Below are positions 1 through 10,346 of a DNA stretch of 64,000 bases, one piece after another. The stretch is from contig JAQWAY010000001.1 of NCBI GenBank assembly GCA_028707455.1, positions 9,764-73,763 on the forward strand, given 5' to 3'. Positions within the stretch are counted from its first letter, which is position 1. Each line of letters opens with the position of its first letter. A program made the position numbers and the translations under genes. The notes beneath the pieces were generated by a model, which was given only the letters and a program-made list of their open reading frames with translations, was not told the DNA's origin and made no database searches. Origin of the DNA: Bacilli bacterium (GTDB taxonomy: Bacteria; Bacillota_I; Bacilli_A; RF39; UBA660).

Positions 1-303
1 CAAATAAGCTAATTCTTGTTCTAATTGTTTAATTGGACGAGCACTCAACAAGTAATCAAATACAGTCGTATTTTGATCTTCTAAAATTATTTCCTGTGGT
101 AGATAACCAACCCTTTTATTATGATTAATACTAATCTTACCACTATCTAATTCTATTTCTTTAAGAATAACTCTAAAAAGAGTTGTTTTGCCGGCACCAT
201 TTACACCAACTACTCCAACCTTATCGTTATCATTAATCATAAAATTAGCATTCTCATAAATTTTTTCTAAATTAAATGATAAATTGAGATTAGTTCCTTT
301 CAT
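1..303 (-). CDS. ABC-type ATPase, N-terminal portion; the gene continues beyond the window edge
   Basis: Reverse-strand translation begins at the ATG at 301-303 and contains the Walker A motif GAGKTTLF (about 160-185). The minus-strand frame stays open to position 1. Confidence 0.6.
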   Translation of the reverse strand, partial: MKGTNLNLSFNLEKIYENANFMINDNDKVGVVGVNGAGKTTLFRVILKEIELDSGKISINHNKRVGYLPQEIILEDQNTTVFDYLLSARPIKQLEQELAYL

Positions 304-336
304 ATTATCACCACGAGTAATATTTTATCACAAAAA

Positions 337-357
337 AAAGAATAGTTAAACTATTCT
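337..357 (-). terminator. typA terminator
   Basis: AAGAATAGTTaaACTATTCTT is followed by a T run on the minus strand. Confidence 0.55.
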
Positions 358-362
358 TAATA

Positions 363-2174
363 TTAATTATTTCGCCTACTATCAAATTTCTTTCTTTCAA
401 TAGTATTTAAGATCTTTTTTCTTAAACGAATACTATTAGGTGTAACTTCAACTAATTCATCAAAGTTAATATAATCTAAAGCATATTCTAGAGTTATTGG
501 TCTTGGTCTTTTTAAGACAACTGTCTTATCAGAACCTGCAGCACGCATATTGGTTAATTGTTTACCCTTAACTGGATTAACAGCTAAATCACCATCACGA
601 TTAGATTCACCAACAATCATTCCTTCATATACTTCAACACCTGGTTCAACAAACATAACTCCACGGTCTTCTAATTGACCTAATCCATAAGCTGTTGTTT
701 TTCCATTTTCCATTGAAACTAAAACACCTAATTTTCTTTCCCCTATTTCCGTTTTATCATATTTACGATATTCTTTAAAAGCAGAATTCATAATCCCATA
801 ACCTTTAGTCATTGTCATAAAAGCTGTTGAGAATCCAATTAAACCACGAGAAGGTATCGTATAAACTAATCTAACAAAGTTATTATAATTGTTCATACTT
901 TCCATAGTAGCATTTCTTAAACCTAATTGTTCAATAATAGTGCCAACACCATCTTCTGGAACTTCAATTTGTAATTCTTCGTATGGTTCATATAATTCCC
1001 CATCAATTTCTTTTAAGATAACTTCTGGCTTAGATACTTGTAATTCAAATCCTTCACGACGCATATTTTCAATTAAGATTGATAAATGCAGTTCCCCACG
1101 ACCAGAAACAACCCAAGATTCTGCATCATTTTGTTTAACTTTTAAACTGACATCTTTTTCTGTTTCTTTTAATAATCTTTCTTCAATCTTACGAGCCGTT
1201 ACTAATTTACCCTCTCTACCATTCATTGGACTATTATTAACACCAAAAGTCATTTGTAGAGTTGGTTCATCAATATGAATTAATGGTAATGCTTCTTCTT
1301 TACCTACATTACAAATAGTCTCACCAATTGAAATATCCGGTAATCCTGCAATTGCTATGATATCCCCAGCATTGGCTTCTTCTAATTCAATCTTTTTAAG
1401 TCCGTAATATCCAAAAATCTTTTGAATACGGAATTGTTTAATACTTCCATTTGCACGTACACATGAAACGGTTTGATTAACTTTCATTGTTCCTCTTTTA
1501 ATTACTCCAATTCCAATTCTTCCAACATAATCATTATAATCTAATAATGCTGGTTGAAATTGTAATGAACCTTCTTCTACTTTAGGTTCTGGAATATAGC
1601 TAATAATCATATCTAACACATAATTCATTGTTTTTTCTTGAGTTTCTATTTCAGGATGTAAGCTTGATGTACCATTAACTCCTGATGTGTAGACAACTGG
1701 AAAATCTAATTGATCGATATCAGCACCTAATTCGATAAATAAATCAATTACTTCATCTATTACTTCTTTAGGACGAGCACTTGGTTTATCGATTTTATTA
1801 ACAATAACGATTGGAATTACTCCTTTTTCTAAAGCTTTCTTTAGGACAAATCTTGTTTGAGGCATGGTTCCCTCATAAGCATCAACAACCAATAGTACAC
1901 CATCAACCATATTCATAATTCTTTCTACTTCGCCACCAAAATCAGAGTGACCAGGTGTATCTAAAATATTAATATGATATCCTTGGTATTTAATAGCCGT
2001 TGTTTTTGCTAAAATAGTAATGCCTCTTTCTCTTTCAATATCATTAGAGTCCATTACTCTGTCCGCTACTTCTTCATTATCTCTAAATGTCCCTGACATT
2101 TGTAATAATTTATCTACTAAAGTAGTTTTTCCATGATCGACATGCGCAATAATTGCAATATTTCTTGTTTTCAT
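363..2174 (-). CDS. typA: Translational GTPase TypA/BipA
   Basis: The 608-aa ORF has the G1 motif AHVDHGKTTL, DTPGH and NKID GTPase motifs, and EF-G-like domain architecture. The start was moved to the MKTRN methionine (ATG at 2172-2174). Confidence 0.9.
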   Translation of the reverse strand: MKTRNIAIIAHVDHGKTTLVDKLLQMSGTFRDNEEVADRVMDSNDIERERGITILAKTTAIKYQGYHINILDTPGHSDFGGEVERIMNMVDGVLLVVDAYEGTMPQTRFVLKKALEKGVIPIVIVNKIDKPSARPKEVIDEVIDLFIELGADIDQLDFPVVYTSGVNGTSSLHPEIETQEKTMNYVLDMIISYIPEPKVEEGSLQFQPALLDYNDYVGRIGIGVIKRGTMKVNQTVSCVRANGSIKQFRIQKIFGYYGLKKIELEEANAGDIIAIAGLPDISIGETICNVGKEEALPLIHIDEPTLQMTFGVNNSPMNGREGKLVTARKIEERLLKETEKDVSLKVKQNDAESWVVSGRGELHLSILIENMRREGFELQVSKPEVILKEIDGELYEPYEELQIEVPEDGVGTIIEQLGLRNATMESMNNYNNFVRLVYTIPSRGLIGFSTAFMTMTKGYGIMNSAFKEYRKYDKTEIGERKLGVLVSMENGKTTAYGLGQLEDRGVMFVEPGVEVYEGMIVGESNRDGDLAVNPVKGKQLTNMRAAGSDKTVVLKRPRPITLEYALDYINFDELVEVTPNSIRLRKKILNTIERKKFDSRRNN

Positions 2175-2290
2175 AATAACACTTCCCATAACTGCGATAT
2201 TATATCACAAATTTTATAAATAAGTAAAGCCTTTATTTTTATTATCTCCAATATTCACTTTAATATAATATTTCCCAAAGAAAAAGAACA

Positions 2291-2968
2291 CTATAAATTA
2301 GTATACTTTCTTCTTATTTCCCGATAATCTTTTTTATGCTCTTTTATCAACCGTTTATAACTAGATGAACTTTGTTGATAAGCAGAAAAATCATAATATC
2401 CTTTGGATTTAATATGAATACTAATAATAAAGTTATATATATTATCATTTAAATCCTTATATATACATAATATACGATTATGATCTTCTATAATAACACC
2501 ATCAATTTCTTCTACTAAATTAATAATTCTAGCTTGTATATTTTTTGTATCATTAGATGCAATATCAAAGGTTGTAAATAGTCTTTGATTTTTTTCTTTA
2601 TTACTAGCTTGTGTTCCATGAACTTGTTCACCAGTATATAAATCATAAAACTTAATATTTGAAGCAACACCATATCCAATATTATTAATAATTAAGTTAA
2701 CATTAATATCATTACTCGTTTCAGTAATATCAACATTTGTTTCAGGAAATGACTTTTGATAATTTTTCCCAATTGGTGTTAAATGATATTTAAACTTATC
2801 AATAGAATTAATTGCCTCTATTTTATTCAAAATGAGATATGGTTTATGATTTTCCCTATTTTCATTTTTAATTCGATTATTTACGGTATATACAGTCGCA
2901 AATACGGGAATAAAGATTGACAGAATTGGTAATAAGATATTTAACCATAGTAATGATAAATCCCCCAT
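2291..2968 (-). CDS. Hypothetical protein with an N-terminal transmembrane anchor
   Basis: The ORF has a hydrophobic N-terminus (LLWLNILLPILSIFIPVFATVY) and no recognisable catalytic motif. Confidence 0.4.
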   Translation of the reverse strand: MGDLSLLWLNILLPILSIFIPVFATVYTVNNRIKNENRENHKPYLILNKIEAINSIDKFKYHLTPIGKNYQKSFPETNVDITETSNDINVNLIINNIGYGVASNIKFYDLYTGEQVHGTQASNKEKNQRLFTTFDIASNDTKNIQARIINLVEEIDGVIIEDHNRILCIYKDLNDNIYNFIISIHIKSKGYYDFSAYQQSSSSYKRLIKEHKKDYREIRRKYTNL

Positions 2969-2975
2969 AATTCAC

Positions 2976-3419
2976 CTACTTTATATAATTATTTAATATA
3001 TGTTCCATCGTAATTTTAATATCTGGAAACACATTAATATTTTCTAAATCATTTCTTGAAAACCATCCGATTTCTTGACTTTCTTCTGGTCCAAATTCTA
3101 TTTCATCCTGTGTAATTGGTACACCAGCATAAATAATATCAATATGAATATCACCAGCAGCATTACGATTCTTTTGAATACCTAAAGGTTTTATAAAATC
3201 ACTTTCCCTAGGAAAACTTTCGCCTAATAATCTAACTCTAACGCCTGTTTCTTCATATGCTTCTCTTAATGCTGTTTCTTCAGGTGTCTCATCATCTTCA
3301 ATGTGTCCACCTGGTTGTACCCATTTGTTAAACTTTGGATGTTTCACTAATAATATCTTTTTTGTAATTGGATCAACTACAAAAACTGATGCACAAAAAT
3401 GTCTTGTCATACCACTCAC
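2976..3419 (-). CDS. NUDIX hydrolase
   Basis: A Nudix box is present: GGHIEDDETPEETALREAYEETGV (GX5EX7REUXEEXGU). Confidence 0.8.
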   Translation of the reverse strand: MSGMTRHFCASVFVVDPITKKILLVKHPKFNKWVQPGGHIEDDETPEETALREAYEETGVRVRLLGESFPRESDFIKPLGIQKNRNAAGDIHIDIIYAGVPITQDEIEFGPEESQEIGWFSRNDLENINVFPDIKITMEHILNNYIK

Positions 3420-3490
3420 CTAGTATTAGTATAACAAAAAAAAACATAATTAGAAACAACTTATCCTTTTTGGTTGTCTAATTATGTCAA

Positions 3491-5203
3491 TTATCTCTTT
3501 TTAGGTTCATTAGGTAACATCTCATTACGTTTTTGAATTATATTAGATAACAATGATTTTTTGTAATATCCTTCTGAATATTGTTTACTAAAATACTTAT
3601 CACATACTAGCCAATCAGCATTACTAATATAACCATTATACTTATTTTCTAATGCTTGATTATTTTTAGTAATAGAATCTAATATTTTAGCATCCACTGC
3701 GCTTCTTGCTCTTTTAATATCATTAATATATAATTTATTACACATATCAATAATATATTTATCAGACTTATTAGCAACACTAAGATAAATTAATTCATCA
3801 TAAAGTTTAAGACCATCATTTATTGCTTGGTTTAATATTTTTTGAACTAATTTAAATTCATCATCATCGAGTTTTTCAGCATATAGTTCTTTTTGAAAGT
3901 TTTTTATTTCATCATTAAATTTGTGTTCATCATTTATTAACTCCAATAAGTTTTTTCTAGTGCCGTCCATATTGTATTCTCTTTGTAATGCACAGTACTC
4001 ATTTAAACATTCTGGTACTTCTAAAATAATTCTATCAACCATATTTTTTGTCGATTCCTCTAGATGCCTTCTTTTCTCACCATCATAGTGAACTCGTGTG
4101 TTTTTAAGGGCCTTTTCATATTCAAGTTCATCTTTTAATTCTTCTGATTTTAATTTATATAAGGTAGGAGAATACTTTTTCAATGTTTTTAAAGTTTGTT
4201 CTATTTCATATATTTTGGCATCCATTTCAATTGACATTGCAGAATAATTATTTTTATAATAATCGGTCGTAACATTATAAATAAGGTTTTCTCTTGCCCA
4301 TAATAAAACATCAAAACTAGGGTTTCTATTTTCCTCAAACATTTTAGCTTGTAATACATGACGCATTTCATGATGACATGTTTTTATTATTTGTGGTAAA
4401 ATTTTTTCTTTTTTTCCTCTAAAATCAGTTAAATAAATAGCTAATGGGTTAATAGAAACAATATATAAAGTAGTACTACCATCTCTAAAAATAGTTGTCT
4501 CGGTTCCTAAAACCTTAATAAAATTATTGATTTTTATTAAGGATTTGGGTTTTAATAAAGAAATTTTTTCTTTCTTTATATACATTCTTAAATTAACTAT
4601 ATTAAGATTTATCTTTGTATCCATTTTGTAAGCTTTTTTATAAGACAAATATTTCATAATCCAAAGATCTTCAGAAACTGTTAATTCTGTTTTTTCATCA
4701 ACTAAATAACTAAAATAACGTTCACAAAAATTAGCCTCCAAGGGATTACCATAATCGATTATCTTAACATTATCAATAGCATATTTATTTCTTGCTTCTT
4801 TTGCTAAATTACTATATTTAATTTTTGCTAAATATTCCGTATATTCTAAACCTAATAATGGTTTAAATAAAATATCATAATATTTCTCATACAAAGATGA
4901 TTTGATAATTAAAGGATTAAATAAACATTTAATATCATGTGACTTATTGATCAACGGTGCTATAACCTTATCAGTGTATGATACTAAGCTTTTTAAATAT
5001 AATTCTTTTATACTTATTAATTCATGATTACAATAATTACATCCTATTCCATCACATAAAGGGCAAACCTTTACCTCTTCATCATCATTCATATAATTAA
5101 TATAATCCATCAACTTATAACTATAACGCTCAAGTTTTATTTGGTCTACGTTGGATAACTTTTGATAATTATTAATTGAGTTAATAAAATCTTGTAAGTT
5201 CAT
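3491..5203 (-). CDS. Hypothetical cytoplasmic protein with a CxxCxGxG zinc-finger-like motif and an HExxH metallopeptidase-like motif
   Basis: The 570-aa ORF has no TM segments. It carries CPLCDGIGCNYCNH near the N-terminus and CHHEMRHVLQAKMFEENRN, which fits an HExxH(+E/N) motif of the WLM or DUF45 kind. Confidence 0.45.
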   Translation of the reverse strand: MNLQDFINSINNYQKLSNVDQIKLERYSYKLMDYINYMNDDEEVKVCPLCDGIGCNYCNHELISIKELYLKSLVSYTDKVIAPLINKSHDIKCLFNPLIIKSSLYEKYYDILFKPLLGLEYTEYLAKIKYSNLAKEARNKYAIDNVKIIDYGNPLEANFCERYFSYLVDEKTELTVSEDLWIMKYLSYKKAYKMDTKINLNIVNLRMYIKKEKISLLKPKSLIKINNFIKVLGTETTIFRDGSTTLYIVSINPLAIYLTDFRGKKEKILPQIIKTCHHEMRHVLQAKMFEENRNPSFDVLLWARENLIYNVTTDYYKNNYSAMSIEMDAKIYEIEQTLKTLKKYSPTLYKLKSEELKDELEYEKALKNTRVHYDGEKRRHLEESTKNMVDRIILEVPECLNEYCALQREYNMDGTRKNLLELINDEHKFNDEIKNFQKELYAEKLDDDEFKLVQKILNQAINDGLKLYDELIYLSVANKSDKYIIDMCNKLYINDIKRARSAVDAKILDSITKNNQALENKYNGYISNADWLVCDKYFSKQYSEGYYKKSLLSNIIQKRNEMLPNEPKKR

Positions 5204-5251
5204 CCTACCACCTCAACTATATTATAGCAAAAAAAATAACGTTTTAAAATA

Positions 5252-5968
5252 TTATTCTAAAACATTACTTGGACCAACTACATCTTTTTCGAAAACAGTT
5301 AATTTATCATTATTATCAACAATTCCCAATAAAACATTTTCTAGTTTTTCACCTTTAATTTTCAACTCTCTTAATAACCACTTTTTATCCTTATTAATGT
5401 TTCTTAAATTATTGTCCATAATTTTACCATCAATAATCACATTAGCACATAATCCTTGCTTAGTTTCCTTTAATTTCATGTCAGATATAGTTACAGGTAA
5501 TTTCTTTCCTTTTGGTAAAAAACTAATTTCACCACTTGTTTCCATTACTGCGTATTCAATATCACTTATATTAAAGTAACCTGCTAGTCGACTTTCCTCT
5601 AATAAATCATTTATATCAAATTTCAATTTCTTTAAATTTTTCATTATTATTTTTCCGTTTTCAATGACAACAGTTGGTACCCCCATAAAAAAGCGACGTA
5701 AAACAATACTTTTTAAAGTTAAAACAGAAATTAAGTATGACATAAAACCAAAAAGAAGTAAGGCTACTACACCATTTATATATTGGGAATCAATATTAAT
5801 CGTCATTTCGGCAGCAAAATTACCAATTGAAATACCAATGACATAATCAAACAATGATAATTCAGATATTTGCTTTTTTCCAACCATTTTAGTAACCAAA
5901 AATAAAGTAGTTAATGCAATAATACCCCTGATTATTACATCAATTACTTCATTAAAATTAAAATCCAT
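5252..5968 (-). CDS. DUF421/YetF-family membrane protein
   Basis: An N-terminal TM region is followed by a soluble C-terminal domain. The sequence pattern (KKQISELSLFDYVIGISIGNFAA) is typical of DUF421. Confidence 0.55.
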   Translation of the reverse strand: MDFNFNEVIDVIIRGIIALTTLFLVTKMVGKKQISELSLFDYVIGISIGNFAAEMTINIDSQYINGVVALLLFGFMSYLISVLTLKSIVLRRFFMGVPTVVIENGKIIMKNLKKLKFDINDLLEESRLAGYFNISDIEYAVMETSGEISFLPKGKKLPVTISDMKLKETKQGLCANVIIDGKIMDNNLRNINKDKKWLLRELKIKGEKLENVLLGIVDNNDKLTVFEKDVVGPSNVLE

Positions 5969-6006
5969 AATATCACCTATTTATATTATGGATTTTTATA
6001 ATAAAA

Positions 6007-7098
6007 TTATTTCTTTTTAAACATAAATTTTTCTAAAAACTTAGGCTTTTTTGGATGGAATTCATAAACAACATTGGTTTTAGCTACAAAGAATATAACA
6101 ATAATTATTAATATACTATATATTACATAACCTAGTTCTCGGTCTTTTAAGAAAAAAACGATTGATGCTGTTGCAAATAATAAATTAATAAAATAAATAA
6201 TTAAAACTGTTTGTTTTTGAGTAAAATTACGTTTTAATAGTTGATGATGAATATGAAATTTATCTGGGGTGGAAATACTTTCACCTTTCAATAGTCTTCT
6301 TAATATAGCAAACATTGTATCAAGAATTGGAATTGCTAAAATAAGTAATGGAATAATTAAAGAGGTCATCGTTACATTTTTAAATCCTAATAATGCGATA
6401 ACTGCTATTATAAATCCTAAGAACATTGATCCAGAATCCCCCATAAAGATAGATGCTGGTGGAAAATTATGGAGTAAGAATCCTAAAGTAGCACCTAACA
6501 TAACAAAGGTTAAAACTAAATCTAATCCAATATTTCCTTTAAACATTGTAATAATTCCAATTGTTAAAAAGTAAATAGAACTAATACCACCGGCTAATCC
6601 ATCTAGTCCATCAATTAAATTCATACAATTAATACAACCTAGTATAAAGAAAATAGTTAATGGATAACATAAAACTCCAAAATCTAAGTAAATACCAAAA
6701 GCACTAACATCTTTTAATAATATTTGACCATAGAAGACAATTATTAATGCAGATATAAGTTGTCCTAAAAATTTAGTGCTTGGTTTTAAAGGCTTTATAT
6801 CATCTACAACACCAGTAAGAACTATAATAAAACTACCGATCAAGATAGAATTCATTGTTGAACTTGGGGTACCATATACCATATAGCCAAACAAGAAACC
6901 TAAAAAGATTCCTAATCCACCAAGTCTTGGCATAGGTACAGTATGAACCTTTCTTTCGTTTGGTACATCAACAGCACCAATATGAATAGCAACCTTGCGA
7001 ATAAATGGTATCATTGTTGCTACTACAATAAATGTTAATAATACCATTGATAGTATCTTTATTATCTCACTTTGAGTCATTTTTATCACCATTACCAT
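6007..7098 (-). CDS. tagO: Undecaprenyl-phosphate N-acetylhexosamine-1-phosphate transferase (MraY/WecA/TagO family, glycosyltransferase family 4)
   Basis: The protein is polytopic and has VDVPNERKVHTVPMPRLGGLGIF and DDxxD-type motifs characteristic of the family. Confidence 0.7.
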   Translation of the reverse strand: MVMVIKMTQSEIIKILSMVLLTFIVVATMIPFIRKVAIHIGAVDVPNERKVHTVPMPRLGGLGIFLGFLFGYMVYGTPSSTMNSILIGSFIIVLTGVVDDIKPLKPSTKFLGQLISALIIVFYGQILLKDVSAFGIYLDFGVLCYPLTIFFILGCINCMNLIDGLDGLAGGISSIYFLTIGIITMFKGNIGLDLVLTFVMLGATLGFLLHNFPPASIFMGDSGSMFLGFIIAVIALLGFKNVTMTSLIIPLLILAIPILDTMFAILRRLLKGESISTPDKFHIHHQLLKRNFTQKQTVLIIYFINLLFATASIVFFLKDRELGYVIYSILIIIVIFFVAKTNVVYEFHPKKPKFLEKFMFKKK

Positions 7099-7153
7099 TA
7101 TAACATAATTCGACTAATTTTTTATATATAAAAAACTAACTAAAAAGTTAATT

Positions 7154-8143
7154 TTATTTATCAATTAAATGTAAGTTTTCAAGTAATATACCAGTACCTT
7201 CAACTACACAAGTAAGTGGACTTTCAGCAATAAATACTGGCACTTTTAATTCATGTGAAAGCAATTGATCAAATCCATCAATTAGTGCTCCACCACCAGT
7301 TACTACAATACCTTTATCAATAATATCAGCTGATAATTCAGGTGGGGTTTGTTCTAAAACACTTTTAGTATTTTGAACAATAACATAAACGCTTTCTCTT
7401 AATGATTCTTCTACTTCGTCAGAACATATTGTAATTGTATGAGGTAATCCTGTAACTAAATCACGACCTCTAACTTCCATTTTTTCATTTCTTGAACCAG
7501 GGAAAACAGTACCAATAGTAAACTTTATTTCTTCAGCAGTACGATCTCCTATAAGTAATTTATATTTATCCTTAATATATTTCATAATATCGTTATCAAA
7601 GACATTACCTGCTATTTTAATTGAAGTACTAGTTACAATATCACCTAACGATAATATAGCAATATCAGTAGTTCCACCACCAATATCAATAACCATATTA
7701 CCGCTTGGTTTAGAAATATCTAATCCAGCACCAATAGCAGCAATTTTCGGTTCATCTTCTAAGAATACTTTCTTAGCCCCAGTTCTCTCAGCTGCTTCTT
7801 TAATTGCATTCTTTTCAACTTGAGTTATATCTGAAGGGCAACATATTAATATACGAGGACGTGAAAATAATTTTTTTCCGTTTACTTTTCTAATAAAGTG
7901 ATTAAGCATTATCTCAGTTATTTCAAAATCTGCAATAACACCATCTTTCATTGGACGAATAGCTTTAACACGACCAGGCGTTCTACCAAGCATGTCCTTT
8001 GCTTCTGAACCAACTGCTAATGGTTTCTTTGTTTCTGAATCTATTGCTACAACGCTTGGTTCATTTAATACTATTCCTTGACCTTTTATATGAATAAGAA
8101 CGTTGGCTGTACCTAAGTCTATTCCAATATCTTTTGCAAACAC
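7154..8143 (-). CDS. mbl: Rod-shape determining actin homolog MreB/Mbl
   Basis: It has the actin-fold phosphate-binding motifs (IGIDLGTANV, DIGGGTTD). It lies directly downstream of spoIIID, as mbl does in Bacillus. Confidence 0.85.
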   Translation of the reverse strand: MFAKDIGIDLGTANVLIHIKGQGIVLNEPSVVAIDSETKKPLAVGSEAKDMLGRTPGRVKAIRPMKDGVIADFEITEIMLNHFIRKVNGKKLFSRPRILICCPSDITQVEKNAIKEAAERTGAKKVFLEDEPKIAAIGAGLDISKPSGNMVIDIGGGTTDIAILSLGDIVTSTSIKIAGNVFDNDIMKYIKDKYKLLIGDRTAEEIKFTIGTVFPGSRNEKMEVRGRDLVTGLPHTITICSDEVEESLRESVYVIVQNTKSVLEQTPPELSADIIDKGIVVTGGGALIDGFDQLLSHELKVPVFIAESPLTCVVEGTGILLENLHLIDK

Positions 8144-8197
8144 TTTATCACTCTCATTTCTTCATTTATTATATCATATTATTATTTTTATTAATAG

Positions 8198-8452
8198 TTA
8201 GTTAGCCAACTTTAAATACTTTTTTTTCGTTGATTCCCCTCCCCTTATATGTCTTATTTCGATATGATACTTTAATATTTCATCGACACGTAAAAATAAG
8301 TTATAATCAATATAAGATAATCTTTCATGTAAATCTTTATGAACAGTACTTTTTGATACATTAAATACTTTAGCAATTTCTCTAACGGTACTTTGTGTTT
8401 CTATAATGTAATTAGCTTCATCTATAACCCTTTTAATAATCATAGAATTCAT
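8198..8452 (-). CDS. spoIIID: Sporulation transcriptional regulator SpoIIID
   Basis: The 84-aa protein has a helix-turn-helix (TVREIAKVFNVSKSTVHKDLHERL). It sits between a spoIIQ-like gene and mbl. Confidence 0.8.
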   Translation of the reverse strand: MNSMIIKRVIDEANYIIETQSTVREIAKVFNVSKSTVHKDLHERLSYIDYNLFLRVDEILKYHIEIRHIRGGESTKKKYLKLAN

Positions 8453-8510
8453 AGCTCACCTCTTAATTAATTATATAAAACAACAATTTATTTATGATAA
8501 AAAGTAGAGA

Positions 8511-9143
8511 TTATAAATCATCTACTTTTTTATCATAATAATCTTCTGGATTAACTGTTCTTCCATTAATAATTAACTCAAACAATAGATGACTACCTAA
8601 ACTTTTATTTAGATTTGATGTTCCACTTTTGCCAATTACATGGCCTTGTTTAATAGCATCATTTTCTTTAACCGTAACTTCACTTAAACTTTGATATACA
8701 CTAATTACTTCATTACTATGACGAACTTGAATAACATTACCTAAAGTATTATCTTTTTTTACTTGAATGACGGTACCATCTAGAATAGCCACAACATCAA
8801 AGTCTTCTTCTCCACCATAAATGATACCAGAACTTTGTAAATAAGTTCCTTCATGGTAAATAAGAGCATCCTTTTGTGTACTTTCCTCAGCTTTGTAATC
8901 GTAATACTTTTTTAAGACCTTAATCTCTTTATCTATATACGGTTTCACTACTACTTTACTAGTACTAACAACTGGCACATCATCATCAAAAATTGTTTTT
9001 GATACGTAATTATAATCATCCTTATCCTTAAAATCACCTTTAAAAAACATACTTTCGATAAGATAAATCGATGTAAGCAAAATAACAGCAGATATTCCAT
9101 AAATAGTTAAGATGGCTGACTTCTTTAATCTTGTTTTTTTCAT
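8511..9143 (-). CDS. SpoIIQ-like membrane protein with a degenerate M23/LytM domain
   Basis: It has an N-terminal TM segment and a C-terminal LytM fold, but HEGTY replaces HxxxD and SHLLFE replaces HLHxE, so the catalytic residues are lost. Its position, spoIID then M23 then spoIIID then mreB, matches clostridial spoIIQ. Confidence 0.55.
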   Translation of the reverse strand: MKKTRLKKSAILTIYGISAVILLTSIYLIESMFFKGDFKDKDDYNYVSKTIFDDDVPVVSTSKVVVKPYIDKEIKVLKKYYDYKAEESTQKDALIYHEGTYLQSSGIIYGGEEDFDVVAILDGTVIQVKKDNTLGNVIQVRHSNEVISVYQSLSEVTVKENDAIKQGHVIGKSGTSNLNKSLGSHLLFELIINGRTVNPEDYYDKKVDDL

Positions 9144-9196
9144 AATTTCACCTCTATTAAAAGTGTGGACAATTATGAGTTATTTATACAAGATTT

Positions 9197-10108
9197 TTAA
9201 ATTTTTTTAATTTTAGTACCTTGATAATAATGCTTTAATATTTCATCATAACTATAACCCGCTTTAGCCATTCCTAAGGCACCATATTGGCTCATTCCAA
9301 CACCATGACCATATCCTTTAGTAGTTATAGTAACCTTATTATTACTGTTTTTAATAGTAAAATAATTAGACCTTAAACCTAGTTTAGATTGAACAACATT
9401 ACCATCTAGTATAGTTCCATTTATTTTAATTTTTTTAATTCTTCCTGTACTAGTAGTAGTTACATTTTCCACTTTTAAAGCATCACTATAATTTAGATTT
9501 AATTTATTATAAAATTCCTTTAAGCTATAACTACAATAATCAGTATATACAGGAGATACATCACGATCCCATAAAGATGATACACTTCTTAAATATGGTA
9601 ATTTATTATTAAATATTTCCTCACTATTTTCAGTCATACCGGTACTAGTAGAGAAAAAGAAAGCATATACTACCTGACCATTATAATCTAAGTATTCCCC
9701 ATCAGTTTCAATAACTGCTGTTTTTAACTTATTAATATTATCAGTATAATATTTTCCCCAAGCAGTCTTTAAATACTCTAAATCAAAATAAACTTGATTG
9801 GTAACAGTATCAACTAAATCATAATTATTTTTAACATTTTCTTGCATTTTATTCATTGCATAACTACGAGCAGCAACAGCTTGTGCTTTTAATGCTTCTA
9901 AGTCAAAATCAACTGGCATTTCTCCAGCTAATACACCAACAATGTATTGTTCAAAAGGCACTTCTTCTATTGTCCCATTAGTTCTTTTTATTCTAACAAT
10001 CATATTTTCATGATACTCAAATTTTATTTCATCATCACGAATAAAAATATTTACAATTATTGTTGGTATTAGGAAAAAAAGTAAAGAAAAAAGTAGTATT
10101 TTCTTCAT
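9197..10108 (-). CDS. spoIID: Stage II sporulation protein D (SpoIID/LytB lytic transglycosylase family)
   Basis: It has a signal anchor and SpoIID-domain motifs (AQAVAARSYAMNKM, GYGHGVGMSQYGA). Confidence 0.8.
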   Translation of the reverse strand: MKKILLFSLLFFLIPTIIVNIFIRDDEIKFEYHENMIVRIKRTNGTIEEVPFEQYIVGVLAGEMPVDFDLEALKAQAVAARSYAMNKMQENVKNNYDLVDTVTNQVYFDLEYLKTAWGKYYTDNINKLKTAVIETDGEYLDYNGQVVYAFFFSTSTGMTENSEEIFNNKLPYLRSVSSLWDRDVSPVYTDYCSYSLKEFYNKLNLNYSDALKVENVTTTSTGRIKKIKINGTILDGNVVQSKLGLRSNYFTIKNSNNKVTITTKGYGHGVGMSQYGALGMAKAGYSYDEILKHYYQGTKIKKI

Positions 10109-10130
10109 ATCATCATACCTTTCGCTATAA

Positions 10131-10346
10131 TTACATAAAACTACTACTTAAAAAGAAATCATATAGAAAATTCACTAGTAAATAAGATAATACAAGACTT
10201 ATCACTAAATATAATATGCGTGCTTGTAATACTTTATTCTTTTTAAAAAAATTATTAAAATTAATACTATCTAATAACCAAATCATAAAGGGAACAGTTA
10301 TAATATATAGAATTGTCTTAATCATATCAATCTCGGTAATTATCAA
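10131..10346 (-). CDS. Small hypothetical membrane protein
   Basis: The 71-aa ORF has two predicted hydrophobic helices. It overlaps the rpiB stop by 4 bp, which suggests translational coupling. Confidence 0.3.
   Translation of the reverse strand: MIITEIDMIKTILYIITVPFMIWLLDSINFNNFFKKNKVLQARILYLVISLVLSYLLVNFLYDFFLSSSFM

Noticed and set aside
889-1278. Antisense ORFs of 60-150 aa nested inside large genes. These are found in typA, the giant surface gene, noc-like, mnmG, mnmE, gyrA, dnaX and others.
   Set aside because: Each lies on the opposite strand of a well-supported conserved gene. The translations are low-complexity and Ile/Leu/Ser/Phe-rich, typical of AT-rich antisense frames.
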